The notes: a model not told the origin generated them from the letters alone. DNA of 63,727 nt, filler included, from Deltaproteobacteria bacterium (GCA_016218805.1; 4 parts of 4 records of this genome joined end to end with filler, not necessarily neighbours in it), one strand, 5' to 3'; shown: positions 1 to 11,263, counted from the whole stretch's first letter. A program made the numbers and translations.

Positions 1-141
1 CCCAAGATCCGGAATCTCAGGCATCAACAGCGAGTCGAAAACTCCCCGTTGGAACAAGCCAAAACGCTGCTCAACTGAATTCTGTCGTCGGAAACCAACA
101 TGCCGCAGATCTTCTCAGACACAAAAGACTTTACACCACCC
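1..141. mobile_element. End of an IS256-family-like insertion sequence (partial, window edge)
   Basis: Abrupt drop in GC. Bases 119-141 read GGGTGGTGTAAAGTCTTTTGTGT on the minus strand, resembling the IS256-family terminal inverted repeat pattern GG..GTGTAAA..TTTTGTGT. The RHS ORF runs into it and ends in an unrelated WCKVFCV. No transposase is visible. Confidence 0.6.
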
Positions 142-3100
142 CTGCCGCTGGTGGGCGGCATCGTAGGCGGCAACCACCGACTGGATCGCCGGCGCCGGGT
201 CAAGCAGGCCGGTGCGGCTTGAGGCCGTGATGTCGCCGCGGGCGTTGCGGGCCAGGACGATGGACGACAGGCGCGCCGCGGCGTCCTCATCGATTCCGAC
301 GAGCCGATCGTCTGTGTCGTGACGGTACCGCGTGGTCACGCCGTTGGAGCGCGTGATGGAAACCATCCGCCCGGCATCGTCGTACCCGTAGGTCGCTCCC
401 CCACCGGTCCAGTCCGTAACCGAGGCCACGAGGCCCCGCGGGTTGTAGGCGTAGGTGATGGACTTGCCCGGGGCCAACGTCACGGACGTCGGGCGACCCT
501 CCGCGTCACGCGCCACGGCCATGCCGTTGGAGCTGGCGACGCGACCGGAGACGTCCCGCACGAGGCTGAGACCCGTTCCGCCGGTGAGCCTGCCGGTGGT
601 GTCGTACGTGAGGTCGAATACCAGCCCGTCCGACGATGACTGGTGGACGACGGCGCCGCCGCCATCGCGCGCGAGGGTGATGACGCCAAGACCGTCGGGC
701 AGGGTGATGGTGGCGGGCCGCCCGCGCGAGTCGTGGGTCCACGCGGTGGTCCGTCCGAGCGGATCGGACGCCGACACCAGGAGGCCCGCGCCGTCGTACG
801 CGTAGTTCCAGGCGCTCCCGTTGGGATCCACGCGCCGGGTCGTGTTGCCGAGCGCGTCGCGCTCCAGGCGCATGCTCGGGCCCCCGGGCAGCTGCACCGA
901 GGAGCGGAAGCCACGCGGGTCGTAAGTCTGCTCGAAGACCGCGCCGGTTGGATCGACCATCGCCGTCACCCGTCCGCGCACGTCGCGGACCAGGGTGCTC
1001 GCAGCTCCCGAGGGCGCCGTCACCGTCACCAGGCGCCCGCGCACGTCGTACCCGTAGCGGGTCTCCCGGCCGAGTGGGTCGACGGTCAAGACGAGGTGTC
1101 CATCGTCGTCGTAGATCCTGCGATGGGCAAAGCCGCCGGCGTCGGTCATCCCCGTGCACAGCCCGCGCGCGTCATAGGTGTATGTTTGGACCTCCCCGGT
1201 GCGGTTCGTCGTGGTCGCCACGCGTCCGAAAGCATCGTACGTGCCGCTGGCGCTGTGACCGGCCACATCCGTGAGCCGCACGACCCGCCCGAGCACATCG
1301 CGGACCAGCGTCAGCGTGCTCCCACCCGCATCGGTGACGGAAGACACCTGCCCATCGTCATCGTAGGTGAACGCGGTCACGCCGCCGCGCCCGTTCGTCA
1401 TCGAGACGAGCGCGTCGCGGTCATCGAACACGAAGGCGTCGGTCGTGCCGTCGGGGTGGTGCACGGCCACGCGTCGTCGGAACGCGTCGTACCCGAACGT
1501 GGTGACGTGGCCCGCGGGGGAGGTCACCGAGGCCGCGGTGCCGTCGTCGTTGTGGGTCCACGTGGTGACCGCGCCGCTGGCGTTGGTCACCGAGGTCATC
1601 TGCCCACGGTCGCCGTAGCCCACGCGCGCGGTGAAGCCCGCCGGGTCGGTCAGCGAAATGATTCGACCCGCGGCGTCCCGCCCGAGGCTCGTGCGGGCGC
1701 CGTCGGCAAGCGTGACGGCGACGATGTCATGGGCCACGAACCCGTGGTGGGCCCGCGGCTGGATCTCGTAGGACACGACCGCTCCGTCAGCAGAGATGAC
1801 CTCGGCGGGCAGGCCGCTGGCCGGGTCGTAGTGCACGGTGGCCGCCGAACCGCCGGGCGTCACCAGCAGGCTGCGTCGCCCGGCGGCGTCGGAGCCGATG
1901 GTGTGCCGCAAGCCGTTGCCGTCGGTGGTGGAGGCCAGCGTCCCATCCGGACGCGTGACGTGCTCCCGCACGATGCCGCCCGGCTCGGTGATGAGGGTCC
2001 TGCCAGCCTGGTAGTCGAGGTGTGTGACCGCCCCGAGCGCATCGGTCTGCTCGGTGACCCTGCCCTTGGCGTCGTAGACCTGAGTGTATGGAACGCTGGC
2101 GTCGGGAAGCATGCGGGACACCAGGCGGCCCGGCGAGCCGTAGGCGTACCGCGTGGACAGGCCGCGGATGTCGATGACGCGCGCGAGGTCGCCGGCGGCG
2201 TACTCGAAGCTGACCGTGCGCACGCCGTCGGAGACGTTGGTGATCCGCCCGTCCAGCGAGGTGAACTGGAGGGAGCGGCCGCGGCCGTCCTCCAGGCGCG
2301 CGGGCACCGGCCTTCCATCCACGTAGAACAAGGTGAGCGCGTTGCCGTGCCCGTCGTCGATGGACGAAAGCCGCGCCTGGATGTCGAAATGGTAGATCCG
2401 GCGCTGGCGCGGATCGTAGAACGAGAACCGGCGGTTCTCCTCGCGCAGTTGGAACGGTTCTTCCGCGGTGTCCGTCATCGCCCAGGATGTGCCCGTCTTC
2501 CGGAAGTGGAAGGAGCGACCGAGGTCGCTCGTGACCGTGGCGATGTCGCCCTGCACGCCCAGCGTCCAGTCAAGGTTGCTGCGCCACGTTCCGCCGAGGT
2601 GACTGGTCATCCCGGACTGGCGCTGGTTGGACGCGTAGTGACGCGAGAACAGCAGCGGCAGCGGTCCCTCCAGCACCAGGTCCGGGGGCTCGTCCAGGAT
2701 GAACTCGCCGGTGAAGGTGTTCACGGGATCGGCGGCTACCGGGCTGAAGGAAAATTGCGCCGCGGTGGGGAGGAGCGCGCCCTTCTGGCGCAGGAGGAAA
2801 CCGCGCTCCTTGCCGTGATGCAGCCCGTACCCGGTGATGGCAAGTTGCCAGCCCTCGCTGACCCCAATGGCGCCCTGCAGGTCCCAGCCGTCCGTCGGGT
2901 CGACGAGGTCGTTGAGGATCCGCGGTGGCCCGTATCCCGTTCCATCACGCAGCCACACCGCGGCGGCGGACCAGCAATAGGTCCCGCGGTCCACGCTACC
3001 CACGATGGTGCCGGTCTCATTGATGCTCGAGGCGAATCCGATCCCCTGGCAGGGCTGGCCCGTTGGCAGGGTGAACAGCGGCGCGCCGGGCATGCCCGTC

Positions 3101-3507
3101 CCGAAGATGGGCACCGGGTTCCGGTACCTGTTGATGGCCGAGCCGACGACCTCGCCATGTTCGTTGATGGTGGATGCCGTCGTCGACACGAACGCATCGA
3201 ACTCATCGAGAAAGCGGAATCCGAAGTCGTCCGTGATGAACGCGAAATGGTCCATCGCATCCGCGCCGTTGATGTCCGTGCGGTGGATTTCCGTGTTGGC
3301 GATGACCTGGTCGGCCTCGTTGATGTCTCTCGGAAACAGGAACCATTGCGTCGCACCGGCGGGCGGGATGAACGCGGCGGTGGCGATGGGGCTGGCGAGG
3401 GTACCCATGTTGTTGATGGGCCCGTCGGCCGACTGTCCCAGGTCGTTGTAATAGCGGAATTCCGGGCGCCGCACGCCGCCAACTGGCGCACGGTGCCTCC
3501 GTTCCAC
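115..3507 (-). CDS. RHS/YD-repeat protein with HAF-like repeats and a DUF6531-like segment; C-terminally truncated and probably frameshifted from the upstream ORF
   Basis: Many YD dipeptide repeats (YDAKGRV, YDAFRRR, YDVRGRL). ADPVNTFTGEF...PLLFSRHYAS precedes the repeats, and INEHGEVVGS / INETGTIVGS are HAF-like. No RHS core DPxG motif or toxin tip. Confidence 0.85.
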   Translation of the reverse strand: MERRHRAPVGGVRRPEFRYYNDLGQSADGPINNMGTLASPIATAAFIPPAGATQWFLFPRDINEADQVIANTEIHRTDINGADAMDHFAFITDDFGFRFLDEFDAFVSTTASTINEHGEVVGSAINRYRNPVPIFGTGMPGAPLFTLPTGQPCQGIGFASSINETGTIVGSVDRGTYCWSAAAVWLRDGTGYGPPRILNDLVDPTDGWDLQGAIGVSEGWQLAITGYGLHHGKERGFLLRQKGALLPTAAQFSFSPVAADPVNTFTGEFILDEPPDLVLEGPLPLLFSRHYASNQRQSGMTSHLGGTWRSNLDWTLGVQGDIATVTSDLGRSFHFRKTGTSWAMTDTAEEPFQLREENRRFSFYDPRQRRIYHFDIQARLSSIDDGHGNALTLFYVDGRPVPARLEDGRGRSLQFTSLDGRITNVSDGVRTVSFEYAAGDLARVIDIRGLSTRYAYGSPGRLVSRMLPDASVPYTQVYDAKGRVTEQTDALGAVTHLDYQAGRTLITEPGGIVREHVTRPDGTLASTTDGNGLRHTIGSDAAGRRSLLVTPGGSAATVHYDPASGLPAEVISADGAVVSYEIQPRAHHGFVAHDIVAVTLADGARTSLGRDAAGRIISLTDPAGFTARVGYGDRGQMTSVTNASGAVTTWTHNDDGTAASVTSPAGHVTTFGYDAFRRRVAVHHPDGTTDAFVFDDRDALVSMTNGRGGVTAFTYDDDGQVSSVTDAGGSTLTLVRDVLGRVVRLTDVAGHSASGTYDAFGRVATTTNRTGEVQTYTYDARGLCTGMTDAGGFAHRRIYDDDGHLVLTVDPLGRETRYGYDVRGRLVTVTAPSGAASTLVRDVRGRVTAMVDPTGAVFEQTYDPRGFRSSVQLPGGPSMRLERDALGNTTRRVDPNGSAWNYAYDGAGLLVSASDPLGRTTAWTHDSRGRPATITLPDGLGVITLARDGGGAVVHQSSSDGLVFDLTYDTTGRLTGGTGLSLVRDVSGRVASSNGMAVARDAEGRPTSVTLAPGKSITYAYNPRGLVASVTDWTGGGATYGYDDAGRMVSITRSNGVTTRYRHDTDDRLVGIDEDAAARLSSIVLARNARGDITASSRTGLLDPAPAIQSVVAAYDAAHQRQGWCKVFCV

Positions 3508-4544
3508 ATGACCTGGCAGCTGCTACCCGTCGCGGTGGAGGACCAGCCGTATACTTCGCCGGACGGCGTGATCCCCGCAGCGAAGGACTTGTCGTGGCCG
3601 GGCAGGGGTGGAAGCTCAACGACCTCAAAGACCGGGGCGGCCCTCGCCCCCGCGGGCGTGAGCGCCGCGGCCGCCAGGGATGCCGCGCACCACCATGCAC
3701 GACGACGACGGCGCAAGAGCCCTGCTCCGAGCGCGGCGCCGAGGAGCACGAGCCCTGCGGAGGGCGGCTCGCCCGCGCCTGGCTGGCTGCACCCACAGCG
3801 GGACTCCACTACGGTCCTGACGACGTCATAGGTCTCCATGCCCGTCGACGCGTTGCCTGCAGCGTCGATGGCGATGAAGCGCAGCACGGTGTCTCCCGCC
3901 AGCGTGATGGGGGCGGCGTAGAGGTTGGACGCCGGGCCGGGGGCCGAGCCGTCGGAGGAGTAGAAGATCCGGGCGGTGGCATCACGGGTCGACAGCGTGA
4001 CCACCGGCAATTCCGCGAATTCGCCGCCGCGCGGGTTGGCCGCCACGTCGGGTTCCACGGTGTCGAGCACGAGGGTGGCTCGGATGGAATCCGAGATATT
4101 GCCGCTCTCGTCACGGTAACGGACAAAGGCCTGCTTCTCGCCGTCACCGGGAGGCAGCACGAAGGCCTGCCGCGCCACCAGCGGCGCCAACGCGGTGAAG
4201 GTCTCCCCGTCGGTGCTTACCTGGAAGGAGAGGGCCCCGCCGCTGTCATCGGTGGCGGACAACAACAGATTCACCTGGCGTTGCCGGGCTGCCGGCGCTT
4301 CCTCGAAGGCGAGGGTTCCCCGGGGCGCCGTCACGTCGAGCCGCACCACGTCCTTGCCAACCATGTTCCCCGCCGCGTCGTACGAATAACGGATGGAAAG
4401 TCCGCTGGCATAGCTCGCCTCCACGATCCGGCCTGTCTCGTCGTACCGGTACTCGACGTCGCCGGCGTTGGCGGGAACCACGGACAACCAAGTGCAGGCG
4501 ACAGCAAGGATCGCGAGCGCACGCGCCTTCACGGTGGGGAGCAT
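2736..4544 (-). CDS. Secreted protein with a YD repeat, Ig-like/Fn3-associated (chitobiase-like) domain and internal MYXO-CTERM; meaningful frame ends near 3465
   Basis: Signal peptide ending VPANA, YRYDETGRI...YSYDAAGN, IFYSSDGSAP...YAAPITL...LRFIAIDAAGN, then CGCSQPG...LVLLGAALGAGLLRRRRR. The translation turns non-protein-like after LAACGA. Confidence 0.75.
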   Translation of the reverse strand: MLPTVKARALAILAVACTWLSVVPANAGDVEYRYDETGRIVEASYASGLSIRYSYDAAGNMVGKDVVRLDVTAPRGTLAFEEAPAARQRQVNLLLSATDDSGGALSFQVSTDGETFTALAPLVARQAFVLPPGDGEKQAFVRYRDESGNISDSIRATLVLDTVEPDVAANPRGGEFAELPVVTLSTRDATARIFYSSDGSAPGPASNLYAAPITLAGDTVLRFIAIDAAGNASTGMETYDVVRTVVESRCGCSQPGAGEPPSAGLVLLGAALGAGLLRRRRRAWWCAASLAAAALTPAGARAAPVFEVVELPPLPGHDKSFAAGITPSGEVYGWSSTATGSSCQVMWNGGTVRQLAACGARNSAITTTWDSRPTGPSTTWVPSPAPSPPPRSSRPPVRRNGSCFRETSTRPTRSSPTRKSTARTSTARMRWTISRSSRTTSDSAFSMSSMRSCRRRHPPSTNMARSSARPSTGTGTRCPSSGRACPARRCSPCQRASPARGSDSPRASMRPAPSWVAWTAGPIAGPPPRCGCVMERDTGHRGSSTTSSTRRTAGTCRAPLGSARAGNLPSPGTGCITARSAVSSCARRARSSPPRRNFPSAR

Positions 4545-4639
4545 CGAGGGAACCTAGCATCAGCATGCGAGATGGGGTAGCCGCAGCGCAGGGTTGAGAC
4601 AGCATGCCCGAGGGGAACCCAGCGTCCAGGAGTCGTGCC

Positions 4640-7600
4640 ATGCGCGTGTGCCGCAGGATTCTCGTCGTTTTCGGTTTTGCGATGATGCTACTTCCGGCGG
4701 CGTGCAAGCCGAGCCCGACCTGTGATGACGGGCAGAAGAATGGCGATGAAAGCGACCTTGATTGTGGTGGTTCCTGCGCACGCTGCCTGCCGGGCGCCGC
4801 GTGCGGCGGGGACGCGGACTGCGTGGGCCTCTGCATCTCCGCTGTGTGCCGCCTGCCCGCCTGCGGCAACGCGCGGAAGGATGGCGATGAGACCGACGCC
4901 GACTGCGGCGGTTCCTGCGAACCCTGCGCCGGCGGGCGGACCTGCGTGGTTGGAGGGGACTGCGCCAGCCGCGTGTGCGCGAACGGCGCGTGCGCGGCAC
5001 CCAGCTGCAACGACCAGGTGGCAAACGGTGACGAGAGCGACCTGGACTGCGGCGGCTCGTGCGCTGCTTGCGGCGCCGGGCTTGGCTGCAATGCCGCGGC
5101 GGACTGCGCGAGCGGTGCGTGTGTCGACAGGGTGTGTCGCCCCGGTCATTGCGAGGACGGTCTGCGCAGCGGCGACGAGACGGACGTGGATTGCGGCGGA
5201 ACGTGTGCAGCCTGCGCCGTGGGGCGAACCTGCGAAGCCGCGGGCGACTGCGCCACGTCCTTCTGCGTGACGCAAACCTGCCGCGCCGACAGCTGCAGCA
5301 GCGGCACCAGGGATGGCGACGAGACGGACGTGGATTGCGGCGGAACCACGTGCCGCCCGTGTGGCCACCGCGGCGCCTGCGCGATGCCGCGCGACTGCAC
5401 GCAGGGAACGTCGTGCCTCGAAGGAACCTGCCGCCTGCCGTGCGATGCGACCACCTGCTCGGGGCTGGGCTCGTGTTTCGGCGTGGGCGCCGCGGCGGTG
5501 TGCCTCTGCCCGTTCGGTTTCGTCGACGACCGCGCCGGGGGGTGTCGTTCCGCTGCCCACCGGGACGGGGTGGTGCTCGTTGGCACGGGAACACCCCTGG
5601 TCTACCGCCAGGGGGTGGATGACCCGGGTTCAACGTGGGCCGCGCCGGACACCGTGCCGGACGCCACGTGGATCGCGTCACCGGACGGGTTCGGGATCGG
5701 GTATTCCGACGGCGATGACCGGACGATCCTCGAGGACATGCGTGGCGCCTACGCCACCGTCTACGCGCGCGCCTCCTTCCTCGCCGGCTCGGAGGCTGCG
5801 CAAGTCGACCACCTCGTCCTGTCGGTGGCGTACGACGACGGCTTTGTTGCCTACCTCAATGGCGTTGAGGTGGGCCGGGGAGGGATGGGCGATGGAGCCC
5901 CGTCGTTCTCGACCCTCGCCGTCGCCTCCCACTCGGCCCGTTCGTTGCGGTCGGTCTTTGTCCTGTCGCCACACCTGCTGCGGCTCGGCGAGAATGTGTT
6001 TGCGGTGGAGGTCCACAACGTGGCCATCAACAATGGCGACCTCTCCCTGATTCCGCGGCTGAGCATCCACGAGCGTGCCGGTCGTCCCGGCGGAGAGGAC
6101 GCCGACGGAGACGGACTCGAGGATGCGCTCGAGGAAGTGTGGGGCACGGATGCGCGCGATCCGGACAGCGACGGGGACGGCCTCCTGGACGGGGAGGAAC
6201 TCCTCGTCGATGGTGATGCGCTGGTCTTCACCGCCGGGGTGGACACCGACCCCCTGGACTCCGACAGCGACGGCGACATCGTCAGCGACGGGCTCGAGCG
6301 GTTCCTCGGCGGTGACCCCGCCTCGGAGTCGCAGCTGCCGCTGCTGCCTTTCCTGCTCGGCCAGACGGACGGCGCAGGTGGCGCGGTGTTCGACAAGGGT
6401 ACGATGAACGACACGGGGGCCATCGGCCTCTCCAACCCCGGAGAACTCGCTGTCGACGTCGCAGCGGGTCACCTGTTCGTCGCCGACACCGACAACCACC
6501 GCGTGCTGGTGTTCTCCTTTGATTCGTCGGGGGCTTTCCCAGGACGCGGCGCCACGGTCGCACTCGGCCAGGTGGACCTCGTGCACGGCGAGGCCGACCG
6601 CGGGGGAGCCGTCGGCGCTGGCGCCCTGCACGGGCCACGGGGGCCCGCGTTCTTCGACGACGGGACGACGAAGTGGTTGGTCGTCGCCGACGAGGGAAAC
6701 CACCGGGTGCTCGGGTTTGACGTCACGGTGCCTCGCACCGGTGCAGAGGCGCGGTTCGTGCTTGGGCAGCCCGACTTCACGCACCATGGAGAGAACCGCG
6801 GGTTCGGGACGACGGTATGCCAGCCACTGGGCGCTGACGGCGGCACGCTGGCCACGCCCAAGGGGACGCTGGTTGCCGTCGTCGGTACGCGCACGCTCCT
6901 GTTCGTGGCGGACACCGACAACAACCGGGTGCTGGCGTGGAACGTCACCGCCGCGGGCCTCGCCGGCGTCACCAACGGAGCCGCCGCCGATTTCGTGATT
7001 GGGCAGCCCGACTTCGTCACCCGCGGCTCCAACGCGTGCGGGAGCGCGGGCGCTGCCACGCTCGACGACCCGGTGGGGCTGGCGGTCCAGGGGACCCGCC
7101 TGTGGGTCGCGGACTCCCGGAACGATCGCCTGGTCGCCTACGAGCTCGGGGCCAACGCCGAGGCGCTGGTGGCGACTCCCGCGGGTCTCGCCGCCGCCCA
7201 CGTGCTCGGCCAGGCGGGATTCACCCAGTCCTCCTCAAACCGCGGCGGCGCCGCCGGTGCGGGTACGTTCTCGTCGCCAGGCCAGCTCGCCATCGACGGC
7301 GGTTTCCTGTTCGCCGCCGACCGCACCAACGACCGGGTCATGGTCTACGACGTCACCGGCGCCATCACCGACGGCATGGACGCGGTGTACGTGTTCGGCC
7401 AAGCCGACCTTGCGACCGCGGTGCCCGGCCTTTCCGCCGCCGCCTTTGACAGCCCGCGCGGCGTCGCCGCCCTGCCGGCACATCGGCTGTTCATCACGGA
7501 CGGGAACCAGCACCGTCTGCTCGCGTTTGACCTCTCTACCTTCCCGGCGGACGTGGTTGCCGGGCTCCATGGCAAGGCCGCGGTTGACGTGCTCGGCCAG

Positions 7601-8698
7601 ACGGCCGGTGGCGCGGCGCCCCTGTTTGACAGCGCCGGCAGGAACGACCCTGGTGCGGCAGGTCTCTCCGCGCCCTCGGATGCGGTCTTCGGCACCGTTG
7701 GTGGCCGCTCCTGGTTGTTCGTCGCCGACGATGGGAACCACCGCGTGGTTGCGCTCGAGGCCGACGCCACGGGCGCCCCCCTCGATCTCGTCGCGGACCA
7801 CGTGGTCGGTGCTGCCGACCTCGACCACCCGGGCGGGGCGGTGGGGGCGGCGGGCTTCGATCGCGTCACGGGTTTGGCTCTCGACGTGGAAGGCGGGCGG
7901 CTCCTTGTCGCCGACGCCGGCCGTCATCGCGTCACGGTCTTCGATGTTTCGTCGGGACCGGTGGATGGGGCCGCGGCGATTGCGGTGCTGGGCCAGGCGG
8001 ACTTTGCAGGCGTGCTTCCCAACGGCGGCGTCGCGGTTTCAGCGACGGGTCTCAGCGAACCGAGCCGGCTGGGGGTGGGCGGCCGCTCCCTCTACGTGTG
8101 CGACGCTGCCAATGGCCGCGTCCTGGTGTTCAATCTCGCGGACGGACTGGTGACACACGAACCCGCGGTCTTCGTGCTCGGGCAACCTGACCTCACGTCG
8201 GTGGGGGGCGTGGCCGGTCCGACGACGCTGGTTCGACCCGTGGGCGTCGACGTGGACACCGTGGGAGCGCGCGTTGCGGTGGCCGATGCGGGCGGCCACC
8301 GCGTGGTCGTGTACGACGTGGCCGCGGGTCTCTCCAACGGGCCTGCGGCCGCGCGGGTGTTCGGCCAGGACGACCTTTCATCCACCGCCGCCGGTGCGGG
8401 GCGCCGTGGCCTCACGGAGCCGACCGACGTCGTCATCGACGCCGCGCGCGGGCTTCTCTGGGTCGCCGACCGTGGCAACAACCGTGTGCTTGGCTTCCCG
8501 CTCGACGCAACGGGCGCCGCTCCGGCGCGCCTGGTCCTGGGTCAACCCGGCCCGGACCACGGATCCGCCGCCACCGGCACGGGGCGGATGGCGTTCACGA
8601 CGCAGGAACCCACGGGTTTGTTGTTGGTGGGCCGGCGTCTGGTTGTGGTCCAGGCGGGAGACCACCGGGTCTCGGGGCTGATGCTCCCCGGCGGGTGA
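4640..8698 (+). CDS. Large lipoprotein: Cys-rich CxDGxxNGDExDxDCGG repeats, a beta-sandwich domain, Ca-binding DxDxDG repeats and an NHL-repeat propeller
   Basis: AGGAG RBS before ATG 4640, lipobox LLPAAC, five GDE(S/T)DxDCGG repeats, YDDGFVAYLNGVEV, DSDGDGLLDGEE, and repeated ADxxNxRVL...VLGQxDF motifs. Confidence 0.85.
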   Translation: MRVCRRILVVFGFAMMLLPAACKPSPTCDDGQKNGDESDLDCGGSCARCLPGAACGGDADCVGLCISAVCRLPACGNARKDGDETDADCGGSCEPCAGGRTCVVGGDCASRVCANGACAAPSCNDQVANGDESDLDCGGSCAACGAGLGCNAAADCASGACVDRVCRPGHCEDGLRSGDETDVDCGGTCAACAVGRTCEAAGDCATSFCVTQTCRADSCSSGTRDGDETDVDCGGTTCRPCGHRGACAMPRDCTQGTSCLEGTCRLPCDATTCSGLGSCFGVGAAAVCLCPFGFVDDRAGGCRSAAHRDGVVLVGTGTPLVYRQGVDDPGSTWAAPDTVPDATWIASPDGFGIGYSDGDDRTILEDMRGAYATVYARASFLAGSEAAQVDHLVLSVAYDDGFVAYLNGVEVGRGGMGDGAPSFSTLAVASHSARSLRSVFVLSPHLLRLGENVFAVEVHNVAINNGDLSLIPRLSIHERAGRPGGEDADGDGLEDALEEVWGTDARDPDSDGDGLLDGEELLVDGDALVFTAGVDTDPLDSDSDGDIVSDGLERFLGGDPASESQLPLLPFLLGQTDGAGGAVFDKGTMNDTGAIGLSNPGELAVDVAAGHLFVADTDNHRVLVFSFDSSGAFPGRGATVALGQVDLVHGEADRGGAVGAGALHGPRGPAFFDDGTTKWLVVADEGNHRVLGFDVTVPRTGAEARFVLGQPDFTHHGENRGFGTTVCQPLGADGGTLATPKGTLVAVVGTRTLLFVADTDNNRVLAWNVTAAGLAGVTNGAAADFVIGQPDFVTRGSNACGSAGAATLDDPVGLAVQGTRLWVADSRNDRLVAYELGANAEALVATPAGLAAAHVLGQAGFTQSSSNRGGAAGAGTFSSPGQLAIDGGFLFAADRTNDRVMVYDVTGAITDGMDAVYVFGQADLATAVPGLSAAAFDSPRGVAALPAHRLFITDGNQHRLLAFDLSTFPADVVAGLHGKAAVDVLGQTAGGAAPLFDSAGRNDPGAAGLSAPSDAVFGTVGGRSWLFVADDGNHRVVALEADATGAPLDLVADHVVGAADLDHPGGAVGAAGFDRVTGLALDVEGGRLLVADAGRHRVTVFDVSSGPVDGAAAIAVLGQADFAGVLPNGGVAVSATGLSEPSRLGVGGRSLYVCDAANGRVLVFNLADGLVTHEPAVFVLGQPDLTSVGGVAGPTTLVRPVGVDVDTVGARVAVADAGGHRVVVYDVAAGLSNGPAAARVFGQDDLSSTAAGAGRRGLTEPTDVVIDAARGLLWVADRGNNRVLGFPLDATGAAPARLVLGQPGPDHGSAATGTGRMAFTTQEPTGLLLVGRRLVVVQAGDHRVSGLMLPGG

Positions 8699-9070
8699 TC
8701 ACGCCAGTCCTCGTCCACCCGTGCTCCCGCCTCCCGCACATCCGGAATCCCGGGCGATGGCGGGGTGCGGACGCGCCCGCCCCGGCGATGAGGTCCACGC
8801 CGCCCCGGCCCGCGATCTCCGGGATGCAGCCGGAGTGGCGACGGGTGCCGCCGTCCGGGCGACGGTGTACGCCACGACCGTCCCGGTTCCCTGACGCGCA
8901 TCACGTCTGCGCCGGTCCACGTGGTTCCTACGTCGCGGTCGCGCTCAGCCGCAGCGACGGGTCTACGCCTCTGCGAACGCCACAACGTGCCGGAGCAAGT
9001 TGTGTTGGACCAAGGGCAGCCTGCTCAGGAGTGGATCCGCCTTGGTTCGTCCTGGAGTGAGCCACCCCGG

Positions 9071-9117
9071 AAACACCGCGCCCCTTCCGTCCGCTTGCGC
9101 GGGGGAGGGGGCGCGGT
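9071..9117 (-). terminator. Probable intrinsic terminator after groEL
   Basis: ACCGCGCCCCTTCC...GGAGGGGGCGCGGT hairpin about 30 nt past the groEL stop, followed by a short T run on the minus strand. Confidence 0.55.
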
Positions 9118-9149
9118 CCTGCTTCAGCGCTGGTGGAACGGCGGAGGAC

Positions 9150-10841
<1,692 letters not shown>

Positions 10842-10892
10842 TCAGCCCGTGAATGGGTGTGTTGAATCGCGTGGATTGCCGCAGACGCGGGC

Positions 10893-11183
10893 TCAGCTCT
10901 CGACGATGCCCAGGACCTCGTCCTCGCGGAGGATGAGGTGTTCCTCGCCGTCAATCTTGATCTCAGTGCCGCTGTACTTGCCGAACAGGATCCGGTCACC
11001 GGCCTTGATGTCCAGGGGACGCACCTTGCCATCCTCCAGCACCTTGCCGTTGCCAGCCGCCACCACGTTGCCCTCCACGGGCTTCTCCTTGGCGGTGTCC
11101 GGGATGATGATGCCGCCCTTGGTCTTCTGTTCCTCAGTGACGCGCTTGACCAGGATGCGATCCTGCAGGGGACGGAACTTCAT
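10893..11183 (-). CDS. groES: Co-chaperonin GroES
   Basis: [14 protein letters not shown]...[15 protein letters not shown]...GKYSGTEIK, directly upstream of groEL. Confidence 0.99.
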   Translation of the reverse strand: MKFRPLQDRILVKRVTEEQKTKGGIIIPDTAKEKPVEGNVVAAGNGKVLEDGKVRPLDIKAGDRILFGKYSGTEIKIDGEEHLILREDEVLGIVES

Positions 11184-11236
11184 GGGTGTCTCTCTCCGAC
11201 AGCGGCCGCGGGGGGTGGCTTGGAAGGTGTTGGCTG

Positions 11237-11263
11237 GTAGCACTCGCGGCCTATGAGTGCTAA
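11237..11263. promoter_or_regulatory. CIRCE element (HrcA operator)
   Basis: GTAGCACTC-N9-GAGTGCTAA, one mismatch from TTAGCACTC-N9-GAGTGCTAA, about 55 nt upstream of groES. Confidence 0.95.

Noticed and set aside
643..3831. 1062-aa plus-strand ORF and other long antisense ORFs (9000-10865, 42709-45387, 48164-49846, 52089-54134)
   Set aside because: Shadow ORFs of real opposite-strand genes, expected at this GC content; no recognisable motifs.
8700..9000. Scattered CCGGGCGA(T/C)GG motifs after the NHL gene
   Set aside because: Irregular spacing, and plausible by chance in very GC-rich DNA.
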